Source: a virus (taxonomy: Duplodnaviria; Heunggongvirae; Uroviricota; Caudoviricetes). Taken from it: 64,000 bases of DNA. A program made the translations under genes and the position numbers. Positions 19,401-28,844 of the stretch are shown piece by piece. Each line of letters opens with the position of its first letter. Positions within the stretch are counted from its first letter, which is position 1. The DNA lies in IMG/VR virus record IMGVR_UViG_3300042321_000183. One strand, 5' to 3'. The notes beneath the pieces were generated by a model. That model was not told where the DNA came from. It was given only the letters and a program-made list of their open reading frames with translations, and did no database searches.

Positions 19401-22400
19401 CATAGGGCTAGCTTCAATTAAAACTTGACCTTTCTCAAAGCCCACAAGTGCAGCCACTATATTGCGATTCACTTCTCTTTTGAATAACTCAGAACGTAAT
19501 GTTTGAGCAATCTTCTCAGGATCTACAATCTCAAATCCTGCTTTGGTTTGTTTAATACCTAATCTATCAAGAAGGTTTTTATAACCAATATCAGTCATTT
19601 CCTCTAGTAAGTCTTGGTTCTCCAATATCTCTTTGAAGAATGGAGATGCATTAGCCATAGCTGTTTCATCTTCTAAGTTTTCCCAAGCTTCTAAACGCTT
19701 GTTAAAATCTTTCTCATCAGACATGAAGTCAAAAGGTACACCAGCTTGTAAGAAGTCTAATGTTACCAATTTGGTAATCTGAGAACCTCTTGTTACAAAA
19801 GCCTCATCCTTAGAAGGCACCTCAGACTGTACACTTATAATACTAAATGGTATATTAATCTTATCTGCATCTGCAATAGGAGCATCATTAAAGTTACCCT
19901 TGCTATCATATAATTTAACTAATACATCAGCCCCCACCTTTCTACCACTGTCAAATACAGCGTAGTCAATCTTATCTTTCTGCATCTTGTTGTATAACTT
20001 GATAGCATTTGAATCTTTATTAATCTCATGTAACACTCTGTAACTCAATGGATAAAGGGCAAACTTATCTAATACAACATCATTGTAAGATTGTTTACTC
20101 ATCTTAGCCCCAGCTACAACTGGTTTCAATGGAGTGTATGCACTCTTTACTTGAGGATTGCCTGCTTCTAATAAATTTGATTCATTAGGAGAAAGGTCCT
20201 GACCCTTGTCTCTTTTCTCAAAAGCAACATCATATCTGTATTGTCTTTCCTCATTAGGGTTCCAATTTGAAGCACGTATTCTAAAGTTGCGATATGCTTG
20301 CATACTAATCATACCACCACCATCTGTTTCAGTGAATGATGAATACTCTTTAGCAAATCCTTCTACATCTGCTACACCTTTGACATCCTCTAATGTGATG
20401 GTTTTGAAATAGTCAGCTGTGAAGTCAGTGTATCCAAGATCATCAATATCTGTATAGTCATCATTATATACATTATTCATTACAGCATTTAAACCTGCTG
20501 AACCATATATGATAGCCTGACGTGGAGATAAAAAACTCTTAATACGCTTCAATTCATCTTTGTAGAAATATGGATCTGAGTATACAAGTTTATGTAACTC
20601 TATGTTATTAATCATATAGTTAACAGATAAGTACTTGATATTCACATCAACATCATTCTCACTTAAAGATCTTTTCTTTTCAAATTCCACTCCATTAAAG
20701 TTAAAACCATTCTCATCTTCAGAAAGAATATTGTAATTAGAATACACAGCTTTTCTTCTCTCAATATCCTTCTTAACAAATGCGTCTATAGCAGTGTTTA
20801 TTCTTGATTCAAAGTGTGTGTAAACATCCTCAAGAGATTTCTCTTTGCTTGGATCATATGATACAATATCTTCATGTAATGATGGTCCTAATATATTCTT
20901 GAAGAAACGCAGGTCTGTAGACTTTCTAGTCTCGTTCTCATCTTGTACAATCTTACGACCTTCTCTAGAAACAGCTAACTCTGACAAGAAGTATCCTTTA
21001 AATACTTTATGTATTGAGCTATTGTCTTTCTTTAAACTATTTAATGTAACTGTATTACCTACATAGTTTGCCCAGTCCAAAGAGGCATCTCCTGGAACAA
21101 GGTTCATATAGTATCCTGCTAGGTTAAGGTTTAACTCTTCCTTCAAACGCTCACTAGGTGTAAGACTAGCTGGGTCTTTTCTTTTGCCAAGACCCTCATC
21201 AATCATACCACCTGCATACGCTGTGCTTAATATCTCATCACCCTTAGGTAATTTGTTTCCTGAATCTTTATCAAATATCTTGTCCATGAATACAGAACCA
21301 ATGTTAGCAAAGTTATCTGTAAGTAAGTATTCATATCTAGAGCCAACTAATTGTTTCTTATTGCTTATCTTAGTTAAGAAATCACGTAAGCTACTAATAG
21401 CATTACCACCTATGAAAGACTGTACTCTATCACCTTCAAGGTTAAAATATGTACTTTCAAAGTCAGGATTTTGAATCTTAGCAAGCATGTCAGCAATCTC
21501 CTTAACTCTACCTGCAGTGTTAATTGTCTTACTAGAAATAAACTTAATCTGCTCAGCTTCTAATAAGTTCTTCTTTATACCAGCAACAGCTTTGTTAAAG
21601 TCAGATTCAAAGCCAAGTCTTCTAATCATTCTAATAGGAACATCCACTCCTAAAGACTTCATAAATAATACACTTCTTTCTAATGATCCTAACTGTTGAT
21701 TCTCAATGTTCTTCTTAATAGCTACGTACATTTTGTTAGGAGCATCATATCTATAGTACTTTCCTAAGTTCTTTTGTATAGAGCTAATGATACTGTTTTC
21801 CATATCAATAGCAATTTGCTTAGATGCTGTGCCTACAGACATATCAGTTGTCACTACAGTTCCATCAGGAGCTGTGTACACTGTAACCACGTCAGGAGCT
21901 TGTCCCTTCATTACATTGTAGAAAGAAGTAACCAGTTGAAGATCTGCATCAGTTTTTATATTAGCATAAGGATTCAACTTCTCAGAAGAAGGTTGTCCTG
22001 TAAGTCTTTGGTATATTACACCATATTCAGGTTTTTGAGACTCTACAAACTCACGTAGTTTTTCCATCATATCATCTACTGTATCTGAGTTGTATAAAGC
22101 ATTCTTAAGGTCTATATACACCTTGCTCATTGGTATTAATCTAACACCATTGATTGAAGAAAGTGTTCTTTTACCTCTTGCATTTCTGTATGGAATGGTA
22201 GCTAACAATAATTTAATAGCAGCGTTAGCCTTCTTAAACTTGTCTATTTTCTCTGACTCTTGATAGTCTCCTCTACCTGTATTGTTCTCATTTGTTGTTT
22301 GAGTACTGTCATTCTCATCAAATTCAATAGAATAAGATAATAATTGTTCTTCAAAGATTTGAGTTATCTCATCCCAGTTTTTATCTATGATTGCAAACAA

Positions 22401-25400
22401 CTGCTCAGCTTTTGCTACCTCAGGAGCTACATCTTCTTTTGTAGCAATACCTTCTTTCATTAGTTTAGCAGCAATGTTCTTAATCTTATCTACAACTGTA
22501 TACTTAAGATTATCTTTAGCTTCTTTATATATTACAGCTCTGTTCTTAGCAGGGATATCAAATAGGCTTTGATTAGTAGCAATAAGATTTGTAAGAGTAG
22601 AATAGGTCATTTGTTGAATAGTATCATGTACTTGTTCTCCTGTAAGACCATTAGCAATTAAACTATACTCACTAGTTGGGTCGCCTATAGCATCTTCAAC
22701 ATCAATAATACCAGGTTTAGCTAATGCTAACTTAGACTGATATGGAGATGCGTTCTTATAATAACCTTCTCCTATTCTCTTAAATAACTCTTCTGTGTTT
22801 CTTGCAGCTTGAGGACCTAAGAAATATTCCTTAATAAAGTTTGCTAAATCAGTAAATAACTTAATGATGTAAGGTCTACCATCAGCAGGCTTAGGTGGAA
22901 CTTTCTTATCTAATACATATTCTCTAAACTCTTCTGCTAGTTGTTCCTTGATTTGACCAGGAGTTGCTTCTGAGTATTTAACTTCTTGTCCTGTAACTCT
23001 ATCTACAAAGCTGCCCTTTCTATTCTTGAATTCATTTACAATAGCCTTGCGTTCCTTAGGGTCAGAGAACATATTCCAGATAGCATGAAACACTTCATGA
23101 TATGTTGTCCCAGCCTCTGCATTAGTGTATACATAGATAGCACCATTCTTATACATACCCCAAGCCTTTCTTCCCCCTGTAGCTTTGATAACATTCTTCA
23201 CTCTATATACAGGAACGTTAGGTAGATTAGCTCTTAACCATTGTTCTAACTTCTTCCAGTTTTCAGATTTGAATGTCTTTATTTCATTCTCTAATATCTC
23301 ACGTAAGTCTCCATCTTCATCTTCTAATAATGCTTCTTTTATAGCACCACTTCTTACACTAGGGCCCTTTGTTGTAATTTGTGCTGGTGCCTTTTCTTCA
23401 ATCTCTATTACTACATCATCTGCATCTGTTTCATCAGGTATTGCAAAAGCTTCTTCATCTTCTTCTACAGCAGTTGCCTTCTGTACAGGTACATTTAAGA
23501 AGTTAGCAATAGGAGCTTTTAAAGCTCTTCCCATATCTTCCTTCTTAACATTTGCAGCAATTAAAGCTTCCTCAGCTTTAGCTAAGTCTTCTCCTTTTAA
23601 TATCTTAATACCATTATCAATATCTCCTTTAGCCAATAAATTACGATTAGCTGTGAAAGCTATTCTAGTTCCCTTTGGAGTAATAAATATATTCTTAGTC
23701 TTACCATCTAATACAAACTTTGAACCAGTCTTAGTTTCTATTGGAGCTTCTTGTGTTTCTCCTACAGTAAATGTTTCTTCTTCTGCAGAAACAGGTGTTG
23801 CAGCTGTAGGCTTAATGCCACCAGGAACAACAGTCTTAGGCACAGTTCTAACTATCTCTGTAATAGTAAAGTTGTCAGCAGCATCGCTAAGTGTAAAGTA
23901 TACACCCTCTCTATTAGTATCTTCAGGAGATTCTAACGCAGTAATATCAGTAAACAAAGGAATCTCATCAGCTGTTCTTCCCTCATCTGATAACAAATAT
24001 GTTTGATAGTTTTGCCATTCTTTTGTTTGTGGAATACCATTCTCACCAATACCTATGATTTCTTCATATGTTAAATTATATTCATCTGTGTTTTGTACCT
24101 TTCTAGCATTAACATTATTGTACATGTTTTGTAGAAGAGTGACAATTGCATCTTTCTGAGTTTCCATTGCTTGTGGTGTAAAAGAAAGACTCTCTCCTTT
24201 ACCAGAGAAGAACAATCTTAATTCACCATCTGCTCTCTCAAACCATATACTATTATAACCAGGGTCTTTGCCTTCTTTAGGTTTGCCCCAGAATGTAACA
24301 CTTCTTAACCAGTCAATTAAATATTCACTTCTAGCTTCTACACCACCATCATCAAACACATTGTTAGATAATTGATTAAGAACCTCATAGATAGTTTCAG
24401 CTTCTTTAGTATTGAACAGTCTGTTCTTTAACTTAACATAAGCATTATCTAATACTAAGAATATTCTACCAAGCACATCTGTAAACTCTGTGCTTCCTTT
24501 ACTAATATCTTTTGCAACAGTAGGCACTTCAATTAACTGCTTTTCAACTAAGTCTTTGTCTTCAATTAATCCAGCAGCCTTTACAGACACAGCAGCACTT
24601 GGATCAGTAACCTTCTTACCATCAGGTAATGTAATACTAACTCTAGTAGGTCTTCCAAAAGAAGGAGTGATTGATTGTAATCTAACAGCAGGATCTTTTA
24701 ATGTTTCATTTCTGAAAGCAATGTATTGATCTTTTAACTCTTTTCTAGTTTGCTCAGGTGTGTTGCTTCTGAACATTGTTTCATTACCAAAGTCAGGACC
24801 CCATTGTAAACTCTCGTCAGGCATTACTTGGAATACAGCATTCTCTAACTTATCTTGGCCTTCTGCAAGAGGTTGCCCATCTTGACCTACCAATACAAAG
24901 TTACCATTGCCTTGATCCTCAACCATTACTAATGCAATAGTTTTTGTTGGATCTATGTCTGTATTGTTGTTCTGTAAATATGAAGTAAGTCCTGGTATAA
25001 TGTTGTCTTCATTTGCAGAAGTAACTAAGACACCAAATATATTATTCTTATTAGGGAATGAGTTGAACTTATTACCAAAGTAATTTGCACGTGCATAGCC
25101 TAATATATTCTTACTAGCAACAGTAGATGTAACTAATATCTTTGGACCTTTCTTAGAAGTAGGTTCGTACTTAACACTATATGGAGTATTGTCTAATTGT
25201 TCCTTACTTAATGTACCAATAACTGCATTAATAAGTTTACCATCACTCTTTAACTTTTTCTCTTGTTCTTTCTGTAACTTATAAGCTTTAGCAACATCTT
25301 GAAATCTAGTTAAAATTGCTTCTCTAGCTTTTAAGTCTTGCTCATATTCCTTTAACTGATCTTGTAAACCTTGTAACTCTTCTCTTAATTCAGCAACACT

Positions 25401-28400
25401 GCGTTCATTAGGAGTTACATCTAACTCATCAATATTGGCAAGATCTCTTTCAAACTCAATTAAGTCTGACATTAATTCAGGGTTATTTCTTCTAACTTCT
25501 GGATTAGCATTCAAATATTCTTGTAAAGCTAATGGAGTGTAAGGTAAGTTTGGATATTTAGCTTCAAACTTCTTAATCAGATCTAATGCCAAATCTACAG
25601 CAGTATCTAAAGCTTTCTCAACATTAGTTAAGAGCTTAGACAAAGCATTAATATTTTTACCAGTATCTAATATTAAATCTTCAACAAGAGACTTTTGTTC
25701 TTTTAATTCATTGATAAAGTCTTCACTTTCTGCAGGAAGCTCACCTATATTCTGAACCATGTCAGCAATGTAAGCTTGTGTAAACTCAAGTTCTTCTTGT
25801 TGAGATTCTAATTCTCTAATCTCATCAATTAACTTATCTCTTAGTTTAGATAATTTACTTGCAGCTCTAAGTGCGTTGGCTGTGGTTTTTTTGAACGCAT
25901 TCTTCTTAGTCATCTCACCAGCCTTAAGCTTGGTTTCAACATTAGTAAGATCGCCTGTTATCTTCTCAAGTTCATTGTATTTTTGTTCTAATAACTTTTG
26001 TGTAGACATTAGCTTTGATGATGTTTCATCAAACATGTCATTTAGTATTTTTAATCTAGCTTCTCTTTTAGCAGAAAATTTTGATTCTTTTAAACTAACA
26101 AATTCATCTAATGCTTGTTTTTGAATTGGTGTAAGTTCACCAACAGCCATAATCATAGGAACATCATATCCTTCTTGAGCTACAAATTGACTACCTGTAA
26201 CCTCAATAGATTTAATCTTTCCTTTAGTGTCTCTGTACACAAAGTTTAATACTCCATCTTTAGGGGAGTATTCTAATCTACCTTTAACTTTCTTACCTTT
26301 ACCAAAGTTAAATTGAAACACAGTGTTACTATGTTCCATATAGTATTTGGCTTTTTTATTATTTAAAGTGTCTGACACTTTGCCTAATTTATAGCCAGCT
26401 AATTCTTCTTTAGAGATGTCTCTTACAACACCATTAGAATCCTTAATCTTAATAGTACCATCTTCATTTTCTCCAAGGATAGTTAATCTTGGAAATCCAT
26501 AAACCTCATTACCATCTTTGTCATACTTAACAGTTCTACCTAAGTAGTATTCTGTATCTACTTCAATATCTTCTTCACCATCCTTAGTCTTAACTTTTAC
26601 AGTTTCTTTCTTTGGAGCATCTTTATCCATAGTTTCTGCAGTGTCATACTTACTAGGATTGTTCTTTATATCATTATATTCAAACAAGAAGTTGTCTCTA
26701 CGCAAAGCAAGCTCTGCAACATCTTCTAATGTCTGCATTAATTCATCTTCATTAATAGACTTTGATGCCTTAATTTTTTCAACAGCTGCTATGTAAGAAT
26801 CACTGTCTCCATTAGTTAAGTCATTAACAACAGTAGTAGTATCAATACCTACAGCATCTAACACTGTCATTAATTGAGGAAGTCTTTCATCATAGTCTGC
26901 CACCTTAGTTGCAGCATATATCATCTGATCCATCACCTTTGGTGAATAGACAGGCTTACCATCAGCATTTACTAACCCACCATAACGTACATCTAATGAT
27001 TGATATAATGATTTAATGTTCTGAGCAGTAACTTCTAAGTTAGCTAATCTTTGTAGATATGCTTCTTTAGTATCTGTATCTAATGCCTTACCTTCTGATT
27101 GTAACTGTGCAAATCCCTCATCAGTCATTGCTAGAGTTTTATACTGAGCAATGTCGCTTTGAACAAGATCAAATCTACCATACTTAATACGAGGAGTTAG
27201 ATAGTTGATTATGTAATCACGCTCTAAGTCTTTGCTCTCTAGAATATCACCTCTTCTTATTGCTGTTTCTCTTTCCTCTTGTATAGTTGTACCTCTATTA
27301 ACAGATCCTTTAACTTCTTTAGAGAAGTCAGACAAGATAGCATTATTAAATTCTGTAATAGCAGCTTGTGTATTCTTTGACTTTTCTTTTGCTTCACCAA
27401 ACTTACCAGGACCTAACATTAATGCTCCAGACAATCCACCAATAAGTATGTTCTCCATACCCTCATTAGTAGTTAATGTTTCACTAATTCCTGCAGCAAC
27501 ACCATCTAACCAATTAGTTGGTTCGTTGTTATATTTCTTATTGTAATAGTTTTCTGTAGATTTGCCAATTGCGTATTGTGCACCTTCCTCAAATGCTTCT
27601 GAAGCAGAGAAGGTATATGGTCTCACCTTATTTAATGTAGATAAGATTTTTCCAAATCTATTAGGAGCTGCTATATATTTACCAGTAGCGTCTGTTGTAA
27701 TTTCACCAATTTCTTTTGTAAGAGAATTAACAATCCCTTTCTCCCCTTTGTATGTAGCTCCTAGTATTTTAGGAAACTGAATATAGTTAGTAGCAGTTAA
27801 TAAACCAACGTTTGCAAAGTAAGAAGAATTACCCACTTCTTCAGAAAGTTGATTAATCTTTAACAGATCTTCTCCCATAGGAGCTTGACCACCATTTGCT
27901 TCTTTATATTCTTCAATCTTTTTATTTCTAAAATCATTAAGCGTATGGTATGCTTCAAAGCCAGCCTCACCCACTGTACCTAAAGCTGCAACAGTAATTC
28001 TACCTCCTTGACCTAATGAGCTATAAGATGATAAAAACTTATCAGAAAGTCCTTTAAGTTTACCATAAGTAGAAGCTGCTTTATCTGCAGCAAGCAATGC
28101 TTCTTCTGAAGCAGCTAAAGCTTGAGCACCCTTACCCACTGAGAACAGTCTAGCTGTAAGAGGGATTGATTTTAGAGCAGCAGCATATGCTCCTCCTGAC
28201 AATGCAGCACCTGCAGCAAAGCCTAAGTTTTTAACAACTCCATCCCAAATAAAGTTAGCACTAAATAACTTACTTGGAGAATACCAATCTTGTTCTCTTT
28301 CTCCTGCTTTATAATAGTTAGGCATTATGTTTTCAGAAGCCTTTACAACTTCCTCATCTAAAAACCTATTCATGTCATTATCATAAATATCTGCAAATCT

Positions 28401-28844
28401 TCCAGAGTTTGCAAAGTTAGCTAGACCATTTACTAGTCCTACAGTAGATTGTAAGAAAGTAGTTCCTGTAAGAACTAAACCTTTACCTACACCATTAACC
28501 ATTTTACTAGCCCAACTTTGACTTTGAGCATAAGCATCTTCATTATTATAATCACCAGGCATGAAGCTCTTATATCTATCACTACTTACCTCTGTTAAAG
28601 TTCTATCAATGCCACCTGCCATCTTCTTACCATCATTTCTACCTGCAGTTAATACAGCATTCTCAAGAGCACTTAATGCAGTAGGAGTAGGTTCTCCATC
28701 CATCATAGGAATACCAGTTCCTTCGTATTGACTTCGCAAGCTTTGATAAGGAACACTTGCAGGTCTTTCAGGAAGTTCAGTAGGTGTATAATCATTCAAT
28801 GATGAATCTAATAATGCCCTGTCTATTAAAGGAGTATCTGCCAT
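16407..28844 (-). CDS. Giant 4145-aa protein. Candidate fused cargo protein / virion RNA polymerase with zincin-like HExxH and DxDxD motifs
   Basis: It is a single 12.4 kb ORF. HEVFH lies at residues ~1916-1920 (nt 23085-23099) in the context TTYHEVFHAIWNMFSDPKERKAIVNEF. DFDID lies at residues ~3286-3290 (nt 18975-18989) in the context VGSDFDIDKLSMYF. The start overlaps the upstream stop as TAATG. Confidence 0.6.
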   Translation of the reverse strand: MADTPLIDRALLDSSLNDYTPTELPERPASVPYQSLRSQYEGTGIPMMDGEPTPTALSALENAVLTAGRNDGKKMAGGIDRTLTEVSSDRYKSFMPGDYNNEDAYAQSQSWASKMVNGVGKGLVLTGTTFLQSTVGLVNGLANFANSGRFADIYDNDMNRFLDEEVVKASENIMPNYYKAGEREQDWYSPSKLFSANFIWDGVVKNLGFAAGAALSGGAYAAALKSIPLTARLFSVGKGAQALAASEEALLAADKAASTYGKLKGLSDKFLSSYSSLGQGGRITVAALGTVGEAGFEAYHTLNDFRNKKIEEYKEANGGQAPMGEDLLKINQLSEEVGNSSYFANVGLLTATNYIQFPKILGATYKGEKGIVNSLTKEIGEITTDATGKYIAAPNRFGKILSTLNKVRPYTFSASEAFEEGAQYAIGKSTENYYNKKYNNEPTNWLDGVAAGISETLTTNEGMENILIGGLSGALMLGPGKFGEAKEKSKNTQAAITEFNNAILSDFSKEVKGSVNRGTTIQEERETAIRRGDILESKDLERDYIINYLTPRIKYGRFDLVQSDIAQYKTLAMTDEGFAQLQSEGKALDTDTKEAYLQRLANLEVTAQNIKSLYQSLDVRYGGLVNADGKPVYSPKVMDQMIYAATKVADYDERLPQLMTVLDAVGIDTTTVVNDLTNGDSDSYIAAVEKIKASKSINEDELMQTLEDVAELALRRDNFLFEYNDIKNNPSKYDTAETMDKDAPKKETVKVKTKDGEEDIEVDTEYYLGRTVKYDKDGNEVYGFPRLTILGENEDGTIKIKDSNGVVRDISKEELAGYKLGKVSDTLNNKKAKYYMEHSNTVFQFNFGKGKKVKGRLEYSPKDGVLNFVYRDTKGKIKSIEVTGSQFVAQEGYDVPMIMAVGELTPIQKQALDEFVSLKESKFSAKREARLKILNDMFDETSSKLMSTQKLLEQKYNELEKITGDLTNVETKLKAGEMTKKNAFKKTTANALRAASKLSKLRDKLIDEIRELESQQEELEFTQAYIADMVQNIGELPAESEDFINELKEQKSLVEDLILDTGKNINALSKLLTNVEKALDTAVDLALDLIKKFEAKYPNLPYTPLALQEYLNANPEVRRNNPELMSDLIEFERDLANIDELDVTPNERSVAELREELQGLQDQLKEYEQDLKAREAILTRFQDVAKAYKLQKEQEKKLKSDGKLINAVIGTLSKEQLDNTPYSVKYEPTSKKGPKILVTSTVASKNILGYARANYFGNKFNSFPNKNNIFGVLVTSANEDNIIPGLTSYLQNNNTDIDPTKTIALVMVEDQGNGNFVLVGQDGQPLAEGQDKLENAVFQVMPDESLQWGPDFGNETMFRSNTPEQTRKELKDQYIAFRNETLKDPAVRLQSITPSFGRPTRVSITLPDGKKVTDPSAAVSVKAAGLIEDKDLVEKQLIEVPTVAKDISKGSTEFTDVLGRIFLVLDNAYVKLKNRLFNTKEAETIYEVLNQLSNNVFDDGGVEARSEYLIDWLRSVTFWGKPKEGKDPGYNSIWFERADGELRLFFSGKGESLSFTPQAMETQKDAIVTLLQNMYNNVNARKVQNTDEYNLTYEEIIGIGENGIPQTKEWQNYQTYLLSDEGRTADEIPLFTDITALESPEDTNREGVYFTLSDAADNFTITEIVRTVPKTVVPGGIKPTAATPVSAEEETFTVGETQEAPIETKTGSKFVLDGKTKNIFITPKGTRIAFTANRNLLAKGDIDNGIKILKGEDLAKAEEALIAANVKKEDMGRALKAPIANFLNVPVQKATAVEEDEEAFAIPDETDADDVVIEIEEKAPAQITTKGPSVRSGAIKEALLEDEDGDLREILENEIKTFKSENWKKLEQWLRANLPNVPVYRVKNVIKATGGRKAWGMYKNGAIYVYTNAEAGTTYHEVFHAIWNMFSDPKERKAIVNEFKNRKGSFVDRVTGQEVKYSEATPGQIKEQLAEEFREYVLDKKVPPKPADGRPYIIKLFTDLANFIKEYFLGPQAARNTEELFKRIGEGYYKNASPYQSKLALAKPGIIDVEDAIGDPTSEYSLIANGLTGEQVHDTIQQMTYSTLTNLIATNQSLFDIPAKNRAVIYKEAKDNLKYTVVDKIKNIAAKLMKEGIATKEDVAPEVAKAEQLFAIIDKNWDEITQIFEEQLLSYSIEFDENDSTQTTNENNTGRGDYQESEKIDKFKKANAAIKLLLATIPYRNARGKRTLSSINGVRLIPMSKVYIDLKNALYNSDTVDDMMEKLREFVESQKPEYGVIYQRLTGQPSSEKLNPYANIKTDADLQLVTSFYNVMKGQAPDVVTVYTAPDGTVVTTDMSVGTASKQIAIDMENSIISSIQKNLGKYYRYDAPNKMYVAIKKNIENQQLGSLERSVLFMKSLGVDVPIRMIRRLGFESDFNKAVAGIKKNLLEAEQIKFISSKTINTAGRVKEIADMLAKIQNPDFESTYFNLEGDRVQSFIGGNAISSLRDFLTKISNKKQLVGSRYEYLLTDNFANIGSVFMDKIFDKDSGNKLPKGDEILSTAYAGGMIDEGLGKRKDPASLTPSERLKEELNLNLAGYYMNLVPGDASLDWANYVGNTVTLNSLKKDNSSIHKVFKGYFLSELAVSREGRKIVQDENETRKSTDLRFFKNILGPSLHEDIVSYDPSKEKSLEDVYTHFESRINTAIDAFVKKDIERRKAVYSNYNILSEDENGFNFNGVEFEKKRSLSENDVDVNIKYLSVNYMINNIELHKLVYSDPYFYKDELKRIKSFLSPRQAIIYGSAGLNAVMNNVYNDDYTDIDDLGYTDFTADYFKTITLEDVKGVADVEGFAKEYSSFTETDGGGMISMQAYRNFRIRASNWNPNEERQYRYDVAFEKRDKGQDLSPNESNLLEAGNPQVKSAYTPLKPVVAGAKMSKQSYNDVVLDKFALYPLSYRVLHEINKDSNAIKLYNKMQKDKIDYAVFDSGRKVGADVLVKLYDSKGNFNDAPIADADKINIPFSIISVQSEVPSKDEAFVTRGSQITKLVTLDFLQAGVPFDFMSDEKDFNKRLEAWENLEDETAMANASPFFKEILENQDLLEEMTDIGYKNLLDRLGIKQTKAGFEIVDPEKIAQTLRSELFKREVNRNIVAALVGFEKGQVLIEASPMYSQVRNILYSIVDKNIVRPKINGGLKVQIPSTGFESVRPVGKNGLFESDVLKFYEKGGERVAEVMVGRWFDSDMSDEDLLKYLNTTDEGQALLKGVAFRIPTQKQNSVDVIKIAKFLPKEFGDSVVVPAALVQKVGSDFDIDKLSMYFKNIYKGKDGKPKLIPYFGMGKDAIKKFEEMFDKGEFLTKEQLQELDRYIAEEQIMLEDLIEEKSNASKLITAIVGNLNGLINEEELTQEFTRGIKAKDQIINLLYKKSIENQYIQSLENIIGSEANYTRLVTPNNAKVLKDMSIDITDKLGLGSFDYSSTDNMLNQIFMSRLRQAFVRGKYAIGLAAVAQTNHAQNQRSNMYVDKSMMYKLSKSDQKWLGDANVNFSKYNTVRVGGRTVPSLSGIKDANNKYDISDIIGQFIDGYVDIAKGPWIMELGASPNVAPTWLFLVKIGVPIKEVAYFMNQPIIRDYVRELENSGYTWLFNDSTVAAIKDSEKYKVDPSKVQGLNSIPNVAALEKNIGKKSFDVAGKAEQQFILNEFLKYGMMANQLFKVVQGSNFDTTAFNDPMLIFKKEEQLSQARETIISSVDNLLNKSFIGRVRIGLRDSRNAIGQTALTSDTRRVRGVLQSVLRPYVNLNDRQFVKVARKAVNDLFDWAVQINPTFKINMERDLLSKDGTAKQITDYFNDIKNDPEHVLHNNVIVNSLAPKFAGTEEERPNNLYMPGKDNKVYDQNKVIYGFEELRNYMESTGDLPLYKKLVKLSILQSGLSTSAISFTSLIPYDDFVEEYNDILSKLETLPNLADFATLNVFERNNWNDDEIVPHKKAQWKTEKQKDGKLKTRYDNNALTILNTGANIAMRDKKIPQVIKISTLSRESTKDIIVYSWEEIPAGKTRAEMVKASDFSFIKKGLFKKVIDDGIDPLITYNRSGYTFIVYKAINAWGDSFRANEFYDFANKSKIDNGFIEVDEVSDDTIKSVFIGGQKTPPVEASEIDDVLNKKDKGCKKQ

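Noticed and set aside
23185-24006. 273-aa + strand ORF antisense to the giant gene
   Set aside because: It is a Ser/Ala/Leu-rich low-complexity translation of the antisense of a Glu/Lys/Ala-rich coding region. It has no start context and is embedded in a continuous, strongly supported 4145-aa ORF.
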